Below are positions 45,727 through 58,696 of a stretch of 64,000 bases of DNA, one piece after another. Within the stretch, counting starts at the first letter, position 1. Each line of letters opens with the position of its first letter. The translations under genes were made by a program, and so were the position numbers. The notes beneath the pieces are model-generated. The model had not been told where the DNA came from. It saw only the letters and a list, made by a program, of their open reading frames with translations, and did not search any database. The stretch comes from Octopus vulgaris (Eukaryota), in assembly GCA_951406725.2 (NCBI GenBank), contig OX597817.1, forward strand, positions 62,744,001 to 62,808,000. Reading direction: 5' to 3'.

Positions 45727-46560
45727 GCAGCAGCATTGATACTATTATTAGTGTTATCAATATCATAATTATCCTTGCTGAGTGTTTTCCCTTACAATTT
45801 ACAGTTTTTCCATTCTTCCTTGGATTATGCCATTTATGTAAGCAAGTTTTATGGCTGTTCACAGATTGGGTGTATCACGGGAGCAACTCCTGTTAATTTT
45901 ATTGCTTTCCGACGGCATATGATTGTAATTGCCATCATTATATTTAGGGCGATATGTTATTTTCTCTTTGCAATCAGCCCTAGCTAGAACTTCATTATAG
46001 TAATTAGCGTTTTGCTCCAAAGTCTCTTGGCTAGCGGAGTGCAGTGTTATGTGGGAGGATATACTATTTACTGTAGAACGTATGAGGGCTTTTGGAGGAT
46101 TTGAGAAGCGATTAACATTATTCAGATGCTGATTTGGTTTACGGAAAGTTTAAAGGGCCTTCACTAATATATAAAGTAACGTTTAAGAATGTTACTATTT
46201 TAAAGTTTACTATTTAAAAACATTTGTGTAACCATAATATTCCAGTGTATTGAAGAGTTATCATTCGTGTTATCTGCATTGATTTATAAATGCGCGATCG
46301 TATTGTACAATGCACAGCATGCATATTGGTACAGACGTGTAAAATAATTTATTATACACTGAAATTCTTGTGGCATGTTTCTGAAGGCAGAGAAACGGCC
46401 GTAAGCCTAAGGATATCACATTGTTAAATAAATATATTCATTTCTCATACCGCCTGACTTTTATGGTTTTTATACTCCTCACGAAATAATTTCATCAACT
46501 GGATCTCTTGGGTTTCAGCTGTATAGAGCTTTACATTATACTCCTTTATATTGGATTAAT

Positions 46561-46880
46561 GTGGAGGCGCAATGGCCCAGTGGTTAGGGCAGCGGACTCG
46601 CGGTCGGGGGATCGCGGTTTCGATTCCCAGACTGGGCGTTGTGTGTGTTTATTGAGCGAAAGCACATAAAAGCTCCACGAGGCTCCGGCAGAGGGTGGTG
46701 GCGACCCCTGTTGTACTCTTTCGCCACAACTTTCTCTCACACTCTCTTCCTGTTTCTTGAGAAACGCTGCGATGGACTGGCGTCCCATCCAGCTAGAGAG
46801 AACACATACACCACAGAAACCAGGAAACCGTGCCTATGAGCCTGGCTAGGCTTGAAAAGGGCGACGTTTAACGTTTATCG
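46561..46880 (+). mobile_element. SINE family C (tRNA head, V-SINE-like domain), full length with a 16-bp TSD
   Basis: A box tggcccagtggttag, B box ggtttcgattccc, V-like ctgcgatggactggcgtcccatccag. TSD tttatattggattaat at 46545-46560 and 46881-46896. Confidence 0.9.
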
Positions 46881-47042
46881 TTTATATTGGATTAATATAT
46901 AGTATGGTAGCTGGGTACACTATCGCAGCTTTCTGTGACAGCCGCAAGAATCTGAGAAACCATGTATTGCACAAATTTATAGACAGGCAGGCAGGTAGAC
47001 AAACAGACAGACAGGCAGACAGACAGACAGACAGACAGATAT

Positions 47043-47096
<54 letters not shown>

Positions 47097-47678
47097 TTAA
47101 TTTCGCCTGAAGAATTTTAACAATAGATTTCAATTAAAAGAAATACAAATGAGGATATGGAAGATATCATACAAGCAAATTTGAATAAAATTAGTACGAA
47201 AATATATTGGTTAGTGGAATAAAAGAGAAAATCAATGACGTGTAATATTCAGTTATTTTTTTTATTTTCTAATTTTCATTTTTTTTATCCTTAATAATTA
47301 TGGCTTTGGAAGATTGTTTTGACGACTTTGATGCAGTGTGTTATTAAACTGAATCGATCATTGCTATAAATAATGAGCAGTGAATAAATAAATAAATAGA
47401 TAAATAAATAAACGAGCAGAATATGTTGTTTAAGATGTATTTTTTTTTTTTATGAGAACGTGGGATTAAAAAAGTTTTATAGGTTGTCTGCCTCTCTGTT
47501 CACACTTTGATAGAATTACGAGGCGTATATATATATATAAAAAAGATACAAAGTTCTAATATAAATTTTGAAAAACGTTAAGTCATAGCAAAGAAAAACT
47601 CAAGATATATAATAATACAAAATATAAGGCATACACATGCATCTACACACACATATTAATGCTTGTTTTTATGTCATG

Positions 47679-47724
<46 letters not shown>

Positions 47725-48179
47725 AGTTGAATGTTAAAATGAAGCGTTATTCAATATTCTCTAGTTGAGTACATGTTTATTTAAATTATGCATACCCAAA
47801 CATGAGCATAATTTAATATACACAGGATTTAAATGCGGACATTTAGTTTCATGCAGTGAAACCACGATAATTTGAAAAGCTTGTACAGCGTGCTTTGTGT
47901 TTCCGAGTAATCGTTCATACTCAAATATACGACATGGCTGATCGTTTTAGAAAAAAAAACGTGAAAGGACGTCTTTCTCTAAGACCAATGTCCATTCTCT
48001 TGTTTATTTTTATTTATTTTTTTAGATATTTATCTGTCACTGGATGAAGGATATTTTTGTTGATTCCCCCAATAACAGAACTGTTATACATACATACATT
48101 TACACAAATATATTTACACCCCCACAAACATATATTTATAGATATATATATGTGTGTGTGTATGTGTGTGTGTGTGTGT

Positions 48180-48392
48180 GTGTGTGTACGTTTCTGCGTC
48201 TGTTTTTGTCCCCCAACATCGCCTGACAACCGATGCTGGTGTGTTTACGTCCCCGTAACTTAATGGTTCGGCAAAAAGCATGATAGAATAAGTACTAGGC
48301 TTACAAAGAATAAGTCCTGGGGTCGACATGCTCGACTAAAGGCGGTGCTCCAGCATGGCCAAAGTCAAATTACTGAGACAATTAAAAAGAGA
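48180..48392 (+). mobile_element. SINE family A, 3' half
   Basis: Family consensus from the internal microsatellite to the tail. Confidence 0.8.
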
Positions 48393-48574
48393 AGAAAAAA
48401 TAGATTATATATACATACATATATGTGTAAGTGTGTGTATATATATACACACATACACACACACACAGACACACACACACATATAGATAGATACATACAT
48501 ACAAACGTAATACACACACACACACATGTACATGAACAAGTTGCAGATTGTGTGCAAGAAAATAAAACAAAGAC

Positions 48575-48848
48575 AGAATTCGGTTAGAAATTGTTCTATT
48601 TGTTCAGATGGTTTCTCTCCTCTCAATCTGCAAGAACGCCTCACAGCACCAACACTGATTGAATCTTCATCTGTGATAGAGGGCACAGATAATCTTTTGG
48701 AAGCCATTCGTGTCCACTGTGCTTTGCGTTTAATTGGTTTGTGAACCACTTGAAGTTTTTCCAGAGAATGACGGATTCCCAGCTCAGGCAAAACCCTCCG
48801 ATTGTCGGCGAGATTTTTCAGACGAAGGTTTTCGTATTCACTGCACAT
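48575..48848 (-). pseudogene. Host-gene-like N-terminal fragment (SEYE..LKNLADNRRVL.ELGI ... RRSCRLRG motif)
   Basis: The motif pair is typical of the N-termini of WDR76/Cmr1-, CDCA7- and SRA-domain-type chromatin proteins. Open ATG-initiated frame with no clear splice donor, running into a microsatellite. Confidence 0.5.
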
Positions 48849-49202
48849 TTTTCTTTTTTAGAAAAGAGACTAAAACCGATTTAATCTTTAACAGGAAAAT
48901 ATATCAGAGAAATCTCATGCATTTCAATTAAAAGAGTCTTCTTTTCGACTCTTTACTTAAATTAGATATCTTTACCGAGATTAGATATCAATATTTCCTG
49001 TTATTTCTATCAATTTATTTTTAAACACTGTTCGGATACCATAGCTCATAATTATCAAGTTCCTCACCACCACAAATATATTTCGCCGAAATGCTATATA
49101 GTTTATAAAAGAATTATGTATGGGCTGCATGGTAATAAGCGGGAGCATGAGAAACTCGGAGTGACTATCTTTCACTCGTAACCCCTTATACTATCTTACT
49201 GT

Positions 49203-49406
49203 TAACTCTTTTGCATGTTTCAGTCAGAGGAATGCAGTCATGCTGGAGCACAGCCTTGTTAGGGTTAATCAAACAAATCCACCACAAAGCTCATTTTACA
49301 TCTGCTAGTTATTCTATTGGGTTCTTCTACCAAATTTCTATGCTAAGAGAACGTAAACAAACGAGCATTGGTTTTCAAGTCGTAGAGAACAAAGAAAAAT
49401 ACAGAG

Positions 49407-49471
<65 letters not shown>

Positions 49472-50185
49472 TCTTTCTTTCTTACGCTTGCTGATTTATA
49501 TGTATGTATTTCCAACGTAGACATATACACACGAGTATGTATATGTAGTCGTACTCATTTGCACTTGTATATGTATTTTTTTCGTGTATGTGTGGCTATA
49601 GTGTTATGTTTGCGTGTATTTATATACACGTATCTATATGTACATGTAAGTAAATATGCCCATCGGGACAACTGATGAAGGGAATGTTCTTTATGTTGCC
49701 TGTTTCGTTTCACTATTTGTTTCTTTCGTTGTTCGAAATAAAGTTCGTTTTCCATGCTTTTGATTTTTATATTCTCGTTTCTCATTTTGTACACATGTTT
49801 TTAATGTCCTGTTCGCATATATGCATGTATGTATACATATATATGTAGGCATGTACATGTATGTGTGTAGATATGCATATATATATATATATATATTACT
49901 TATATTATTATATATATATACACACACATACATACAAACACACGCAAACCGACATATATATACACACACAAGCTTGCATATACATATGCACATACATTCA
50001 AATATATATGTGTATATATGTGTGTGTGTGTGTGTGTGACGGGTTTTCCATACAGTTTCCCTCAATCCGCTTCACTTACATTGCATTGGTCGGTCCAGGA
50101 TAACAGTAGGAGCCACTTGCCCAAGGTATCGCGCAATTGGGATTGAACCAGATTCCATGTTGTTCACAACAATCATGCCTGTATC
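49203..50185 (-). mobile_element. Old SINE family A split by ~640 bp of extra sequence in its internal microsatellite
   Basis: Tail at 49203-49395 and head at 50036-50185. The insert includes CTGATGAA..GAAA at 49672-49739. Confidence 0.6.
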
Positions 50186-51207
50186 TGTATTATGTTCTAA
50201 TTTAGTGTTCGTATTCATTTTATGTCAACTATGCTGCTTTATTGTCCTTTTCTCGTCGATACATAAATTACCTCCTTTATAAATTTCACTTTGATTCAAA
50301 CGATATTTCTTATTTTACAATGCAGGATATGTAAAGTAAAGTCGAAAGGTTAATAGATAAGTTCCACTTCAACGAGAACCCGGGCACGATCCCACTGCGT
50401 TGCATCTTGGGCGATTGTCATGTTTTGTGGACTCGGGCAGACGCATACTTTCAGAGAAAACGTCAGGTTGCTGCATTCACCATTTGTCAGTATTTGCTCG
50501 GGTTGTCCATAGCAACTCTCCGAGCAGTGTACCAGTTAGTTCTCGTCTCTGCGAGATACTTCTTCATCTGCTATGACCATGAGGCACAAGCCGACACCTC
50601 AGCTGGATTCCTAGAGAAGGTAACAGGATACCAAGGATTCAACTCGGAAAATCGATGAACATGACCAAGCATGTCTGAGTTGGCACTCCCGAATCATACA
50701 AGTAAGTGGTCGCATCCCTGTTTCCAAGTATAGTCATTGGTAAGATACGAAATTCGACAAATAGTAAAATATAATCCTGCGAAGGGTCCAGATACCGAAG
50801 GTCCCAGACAGTGTCCAAGTCATGCAACTATTGAGAAAGGCTGAGAGATCTAGAGATCTGAAGATCTGAATGACTTTTAAATAATGAACAATAGCGTATC
50901 GATCTCAATAGATTTAAGTATTTAATTTGATATTGTGAGTCGTTATTATACTAAAGTGGATCTTTAAATAGTTTCAATGAGAATTCGATTGTGTGTCTAA
51001 TAACGTAAACTATACTGAATAAGAAATGATTCGTTTTAAACGCTAGACTCTAGGTAGAAAAAGCTATAAATAATAGTGTGTAAATATTGGGTTCTAAAAA
51101 TATTTTGGTTACAAAATGTCAAAGGCTGCTGATAAGATAATATTTTAAACTTTAACTACTTCGATTTTCACTGTTAAAAATGATATATTTCACGTTCACT
51201 CGAGGTA

Positions 51208-51600
51208 TACTCTTTTACTTGTTTCAGTCATTTGACTGTGGCCATGCTGGAGCATCGCCTTTAGTCGAGCAAATCGACCCCGGGACTTATTCTTTGTAAG
51301 CCCAGTACTTATTCTATCGGTCTCTTGGCCCAACCGCTAAGTGACGGGGACGTAAACACACCAGAATCGGTTGTCAAGCAATGCTAGGGGACAAACACAG
51401 ACACACAAACACATACACACATACATATATATATACATATATACGACAGGCTTCTTTCAGTTTCCGTCTACCAATTCCACTCACAAGGCATTGGTCGGTC
51501 CGGGGCTATAGCAGAAGACACTTGCCCAAGATGCCACGCAGTGGGACTGAACCCGCAACCATGTGGTTAGTTAGCAAGCTACTTACCACACAGCCACTCC
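51208..51600 (-). mobile_element. SINE family A, full length
   Basis: Family consensus. Confidence 0.9.
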
Positions 51601-52407
51601 TGGTAGCTACATTCTTATGACGTAAATAACATACGGAATAAGGTTTTCCGGCAGAGATGGCAATCCTATAACGCAGTTAGTAAAGTTTTATGTAAATTTG
51701 TTTGTCTGTTTTTACCTTTTGGTATTTTCTTTTGGCTTTTTTGTTTTACGTTTTTCCCGACACTCTGATCCAATCTTCCTCGTAACATCGATTTTATTGA
51801 TTTATTTTTAAGCTAATAATTCCTCATAATGAGAAGCTTTCAAGTGATCTAATGTCTTAATTGAATTCCAACGAAAACGTTCAGGATATATAAACAGATA
51901 TATTATTATACCTTGTAACTTTCTGTCTCAAGTTAGACATTCTCCCAAACAGCAGACATAATGTCTGAAAGGTGGTATGAAATGTTACTCGTGAATGAAC
52001 CGAGAAGTGAGATTTTTATTAGCTACAAGGATTACTGAGAAAGCAGACAGTTAGTAACACGGGCAGTAACGGGGTCAAAATAAACAGCGCATCAACTATT
52101 TTTGCTTGTCACTGAAAATATCGATCTTGTGAAAGAAAATCAGTTGAAAGTATGGGAATCGATAAACGATAGAAGACAATTAAAACCGCTTGGCAAACAT
52201 TGCATCAAACCGCGAAGAGATAAAATGCGACGCTGTTATGAATTCAGTTCCACACAAATGTGTATATTTATCTTCACTTAGAACAATTGCTACAGATTTT
52301 AATACTGTGAAGTATGAAGTTCTGTTTCATTAGAACGATCAAAGCTGAAGCAAACTGAAAATTATGCTATTACTGACAAATACACTTACATATCCCCACA
52401 TACACAT

Positions 52408-52479
<72 letters not shown>

Positions 52480-52572
52480 ATAAAATCTGTGTGTGTGTGT
52501 GTAGGTGTGGGGATATGTAACTGGCAATGCAATTAGGCTCGGCGCACACACACATATACATGTAAATATGTA

Positions 52573-52604
<32 letters not shown>

Positions 52605-52607
<3 letters not shown>

Positions 52608-54316
52608 CATAGAGCAAAAATACAGAATACTAAGAAGAAAATACATTTTTTAATAGCTGTTCATAATTTGCCAATGGAGTCGGCAAAATGTCCTGGGTAC
52701 TCAACCAGTAAACAGATTCCCTTCATCAAGAAAAGGTTGGCAGAAGCACTTCATGTAGCAGTGCCTGAGATTGAAACTAGATATAGGGAATATTCTGGGA
52801 CGTGAGGTGGTGTGTGATGGTAGAGAGTATAGAGGTTCCATTTGAGAATGAATTCAAGTGAACCCGCTAGCGACGCTTGAAATCACCAGCAGCGCCATTA
52901 TAAACCCTAGCCTGGTGGGAACGTGGACTTATTACTCAGTATTTATTACTCGAGGTTAGAACTCGGTATTATTACTCGACATTATAGCGTAAACAAACTC
53001 CATCCAACTGGTGTAGTTGGGAGACCCTACAATTAGAGTATTATCCGCTGGAGGTGGGCTGAGGATCAATCTCTATTCTAAGTGATTCATGTGGTAAGTT
53101 ATTCTCGGAGGAGCCATCGTTACTAGCATGAGGCTGTGAGAGGCCGTCACCGCTGTCACATGTGTTAGGGTTACTAGTACTAGGGGTGATTGCACCAGGG
53201 TTGTTATTAATGAAGTGCGTAGCATTCCCGAAGCTCATAGTATTAGTATCTGGTGGGTTAGTGTGGGGTCCACATGAATGGTTCGTAGGGCCGACAGTAA
53301 GGCGACTAAGTTTGCGCCTATTGGAAGAGGCAATTATAGATCCCAAGTTTGGCGTTGTAGAGTACAAGATTTTAATCGAAGATTTATTGAAGATGGGGTA
53401 GTATTTATGGTGTAGTGGGAAATTGGAGCTTAGGATGATGTAGTGGGAAATTTGAGCCTAAGATTTAACCTGGAGGGAGAATGGCGGCTCAAACCATAAG
53501 ACCTCTAGTGTTCCACCCTTGTAGGGCCTAGTACGTGATCTAGTGATGGACAGGTTTCCCTGGGAAGGATGAAGGCTGGAGATAACTCAGCCTCCAAGAC
53601 GACTGGAAAACTGGGCGACTACTGGCCGTAACAATTCAGTTGCAGAGTGATGGAATGTGGATGAGTGGAGGCAAACCTAATGGGCTTAGATTCTGCACTA
53701 AGAAAGAGAAGTGCGAATTTCGCTTTTAGTCTAGTATTAGGAATATATGAGATCTTCTTGTGGAAACTGTTCTTCCGGAACGCCTGGTTATAGAACAGTC
53801 CATGACTATAACAGAATCATCATTAGCTGATAGGTTAGAAATCCTGATAAAAACATCAATGACAATACTATGAAAGGCAGATCCAGAGTAATTAATCATG
53901 ACATTGATAAATTGTAAGGACTTATCCGGTTTATGATAAGAGTAATATAGATTCGTATTTACGTTGTCATACGCAAGAAGTTAGTTTCTTTAGTGCTATT
54001 TTTGAATGACAGAAAGATTATAATTCTTAAAGAATGTATGCAAAACTTCGGTGGACAGTCGAGACATGGCTGTGAGAAGAGCGTATGGATCTCCGGGTAG
54101 GCTTGGGACGTTCTGAATTACATAAAAGAGGAGAGAAAAACCAATCGGGACGGTAACCTGAGCAGAGTCCGAATATCTCATGGTTGTATCGGAGAGATCT
54201 ATAGAGTAATTACGGGACCAATAATTATAATCAAAAGAAAAAAAGTGCTATCCTAGACCGTCGGTTTCCTGAAACACCTGTCAAGTTTTAAAAAATTGTA
54301 TTTTCTTCTTAGTATT
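52605..54316 (-). mobile_element. Penelope-like element, 5'-truncated, with decayed RT plus GIY-YIG and an inverted terminal piece
   Basis: DTTMRYSDSAQVT (cf. DVTMGSxDGAEVC); YYSYHKPDKSLQFINV..IRISNLSAND..FYNQAF; VLWFEPPFSLQVKS; YSTTPNLGSIIASSNRRKL; QLDGVCLRYNV..RVYNGAAGDFKRR*RVHLNSF. The 3' end abuts (TA)n, and 52626-52653 is inverted at 54288-54316. Confidence 0.8.
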
Positions 54317-54552
54317 ACACACACAAGCACACACACACATATATACATATACATATATACGATGGGCTTCTTTCAGTTTTCGTCTACCAAATCTAATCAC
54401 AAGGCTTTGGTTTGCCCGAGACTACAGTAGAAGACACTTGCCCAAGGTTCCACGCAGCGGGACTGAACCCGAAACCATGTAAACAAGCTACTTGCAACAC
54501 AGCCACTCCTGCGCCTATAAAGCTACTTACCACACAGCCACTCCTGCGCCTA
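54317..54552 (-). mobile_element. SINE family A, 5' half, with a ~34-bp head duplication
   Basis: agctactt..cacagccactcctgcgcctat occurs twice. Confidence 0.8.
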
Positions 54553-56001
54553 TTATTTATATATGGGCCTCAGTTTAGTTTTTAGACAGAGTATCTGCAG
54601 CTTGTGAGAGCTGACATTCTCTGAACGTAAAGAGAAGGGCCAGTGTTTGACGTGCGGTTCTAGGTATGTTCAGGATGTGCTTTCACAAGTAGATGTCTTC
54701 GGTGATAGGGAGGTCCTGCATTTAGAACAACTGAGGGGAGGAATTCGTCTGAGTACTGCCTATGTTTAAAGGAATGGTGCGGTAGAATTTTTCTTCATAT
54801 GTGTGGCGGTTTTATTTATTTATTTATTTAATTTGGAAGGGATGCTATCAAAAGAGATATGGTTGGTAGAGCTCCAAAGGAATGATTTATAGATTCAATG
54901 CAGGTTTGATGAATGGTACTTTACTTGTGTGGGGATGATGCGTCTCGACCACAGAAACAACGTAGTTAATACCTCCAAATCCTATTCTATTTGCCTAACG
55001 AAAGCTAGATAATTGAACAGTTTGTTACAACCGACAGAATTTCAATTCCCGGCCGAATGGGAAAGAAATTAATAAAAATAAAACACTCGATAATACAATA
55101 TATTTAATTCAGGAGCTTACTTGCCAGGTCCATACATACAATAATATAAAGAAGATTATGTGATCGATAAATTAATTCGCTTCACTCTGTACAAATATGT
55201 CTTGCATGTGTACATTCTCTATGTAGACATATTCTTTTATCTTCTCTCGTTCATAATGTGGATTAGTTTTAACAATATTTGAATGAATATTATTTGATAT
55301 TTTTTTTTATAAAACAAACTTATTTTTAATAATATTGAAATATCTTAAAACATATATTTAATGCAAGCTTGCAGCGCAATTTACTTAAACAGCAAGTAGA
55401 ATTAATTAATTTTCCGAAGAACTCGGTAGAAAATCTAAGTTTAATTCACGTTAAGATATTGTTTTTTTATGTAGCACATCACCTTTCTCTGAGACATGTT
55501 TGTTCGTTCTTGTTATATCAGCTTCATTTCGTTTGCATATATTTTGAATAAAGATGAAGGGATACACAAATATACAACATTTTGATTGAAAAGTAGTATA
55601 TAATTGGTGACCAGGATTATCTATGAGTGTTGGTGTATGGGTGTGCATGTGTGTGCGTGTGTGTGTCTAACTCTGTGTGTGTGTGTACGCACGCACGCAT
55701 AATGTTCCCCGCTTGCCCCCGAAAAACATATCTGAATACCAAGCCACAGAGGAAAACTTATCTCGACAATGCACATACATATGTATGCACTCCACGAAAC
55801 GAATTATTGATCCACACTTTACACTTGTTCAACATTTAACTAATATCACTGTAGAGAAAGGGAAGATATTCAAAACACCTTTTGTACAACAATACTGAAA
55901 TTAATGAGGCTTTAGAAGCGCAAGACATTTTAGATCACAAGATGTTTTACTATAAAATATAGAGTCATCCCACAATCACACACACACATACACATATACA
56001 T

Positions 56002-56050
<49 letters not shown>

Positions 56051-56053
56051 TAT

Positions 56054-56109
<56 letters not shown>

Positions 56110-56112
<3 letters not shown>

Positions 56113-56290
56113 TCGGTAGCCACTACACATTTTTTTCTCTCCTTGTTTCTTTCTGTGTTCCTTTCTGTGGAAGAGCGTAGGCTCGAAACGTAGAAGACTT
56201 TTTTTCAATTCCTGAGTGTTATACTAATACACCTCTTTGTTTTCTACAACACCTGTCTTCGTCTTTTGTTTTTTTCATGAATTCTCCCTA
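56110..56290 (+). mobile_element. Family H pLTR-like element with hammerhead-like motif at 56161-56196
   Basis: cttt CTGTGGAA gagc-gtag-gctc GAAA cg TA gaag; (TA)n on both sides. Confidence 0.7.
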
Positions 56291-56297
56291 TATACAT

Positions 56298-56381
<84 letters not shown>

Positions 56382-57034
56382 TTTAAAAACTTTGTATTAT
56401 TGGAAAACATATACAGTCTGCTTGGAATATTACTTCAAATTCATGGAACTCACCCCTATAACTTCATAAGGATATTTACTCTCTCTAAGGTGTTTGGAAA
56501 ACCTATATGAATTTTAGCTGAAGAATACTTGACATTATATTTGCTGTAATATTTGCAGCCTTAAATAAAATGTTTATAGTATGAAATAATTGTACTAAAC
56601 TACCGATCCATTCTTGTTGCTTTTTTCTTGGTTATAATCACCCCACGTAATTTTATGGTTAATACCACAAAAAATTCTGGTGCATCTTAGTTAAGTACCA
56701 TATTCTTTTGAATCTCTCTCTCTCTATATATATATATATATTCCTTTATTCTTTTACTTGTTTCAGTCATTTCACTGCGGCCATGCTGGATCAGTGCTTT
56801 TATGTATAATTCTTTATACTATAGGCGCAATTTGTGGAGAGGATGCAAGTCGATTACATCGATCCTAGTACTCAACTGATCCTTAACTTAGCGACGCCGA
56901 AATGATGCAAGATAAAGTCGACTATCAGAAGAATATGAACGCAGACCGTAAAGACGGACGAAGTGCGGTTAAGCATTTTATCTCTCTTCACGATCGATTC
57001 TGCCACACTCATACACGCGCACGCACCTATACGT

Positions 57035-57143
<109 letters not shown>

Positions 57144-57330
57144 AGTTAAACACATTTGAGATCTGATGATTATACTACGTATCAAAGCGGTACTTTAACT
57201 TCATGAGCATTATAAAATATTTTTTTTAGTGTTAAAATACCATAATAAAAAACGTGAAAACTAGACCATGTTTTAACTTTATTCAATTGATATATTATTC
57301 TATACACATTCACACATATTCGAAACTATA

Positions 57331-57397
<67 letters not shown>

Positions 57398-57539
57398 GTT
57401 GTATTTTATGACGAGTTTTAAAAACTGCAAAATTAAACTGAATTCTCAATGTTTTTTTTTTTGAAGAAATTGTCAGAAAGAGGCCAACTCATGGGTGCTT
57501 CAACAATTCATGCAGCGGATCACAAATTCGACTACCGAG

Positions 57540-58417
57540 ATACATTGCGTCTGAACAGCTTAGAAATAAGTCAACAATCAATAAGGTAAACGACGTGCAG
57601 ACTGGATACACTGGCCCAGAAAGAACAGCTATCCCTGAGTCAAAATCAGTGCGTGACCTGGGCATTGACATGAGCAATGATGCATCTTTCTAAGTGCATA
57701 TTACTAATCTGGTGATAAAATGCAGACGGCTAGCTGGATGGATTCTCCGAACTTTCAGAACAAGAGAGGAGACACTGATGGTCCTCTGAAAAACATTCGT
57801 CCGCAGCCGCTTGGACTACTGCTCCCAACTATGGTCACCACACAATATAAAACTAACAGCAGAACTCGAAGCAATTCAGAGAAGCTACACAAAGAAGATC
57901 GTCTCAATGCAAAATATCAGCTACTGGGAAAGACTGAAAGTATTAAACCTCTTCTCCCTAGAGCGGAGGCGGGAGAGAATTGCGGTGATATACATCTGGA
58001 AAATCCTGGAGGGTCTTGTCCCAAACTTTGGCATTCAAAGTTACCCCAATCGCAGAACGGGGCGCCACTGCATGGTGCCAAAGATTCCAACATCACCATC
58101 AAAATACAGGTCCAGATACTGCAACAGCTTGGGTTTCAGAGGACCACAGCTCTTTAACATCCTCCCTAAATGCCTGAGAGACTTACATGCTGTGGATGTG
58201 GGTTTCTTTAAAACTAAACTGGATCTCTTCTTGTCGGGAGTCCCAGATGAACCTACCTCACGACAGGAGACGCAGATGCGGGCAGCAGCATCGAACTCCC
58301 TTGTTGATCAAGTGCCATGTATCAGAGGTGGATTCACATATTAGTGTAGCTCATTCAGCGGTGGTGCCCCAGCATGGCCGCGGCCTTCGGGCTAAAACAT
58401 TTTTAAGGATTTAAGGA
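57540..58417 (+). mobile_element. CR1-group LINE 3' end (RT C-terminus plus 3' UTR)
   Basis: SVRDLGIDMSNDASF*VHI..GWILRTF..TFVRSRLDYCSQLWSPH..LEAIQR..SYWERLKVLNLFSLERRRER..GPQLFNILP..FKTKLD; short (ttaagga) tail repeats. Confidence 0.88.
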
Positions 58418-58562
58418 ACCAAGAAAAATATAACGTGAAAGAATGGTGATAAGTAATCCCACAACCCAAAAGAAATCGACCACCTAAAAAATCTGTGAAA
58501 AGGGAACATAGTAACAGTTGTGCCCCAGCATGAATGTAAAACAATAAAGAATATATGTATAT

Positions 58563-58696
<134 letters not shown>

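Noticed and set aside
46561-46640. tRNA gene
   Set aside because: The A/B boxes continue into a SINE body with a tail and TSD; the same applies to 14378-14450.
50400-50830. GC-richer block with short ORFs
   Set aside because: Probably a TE fragment, but no identifiable motif.
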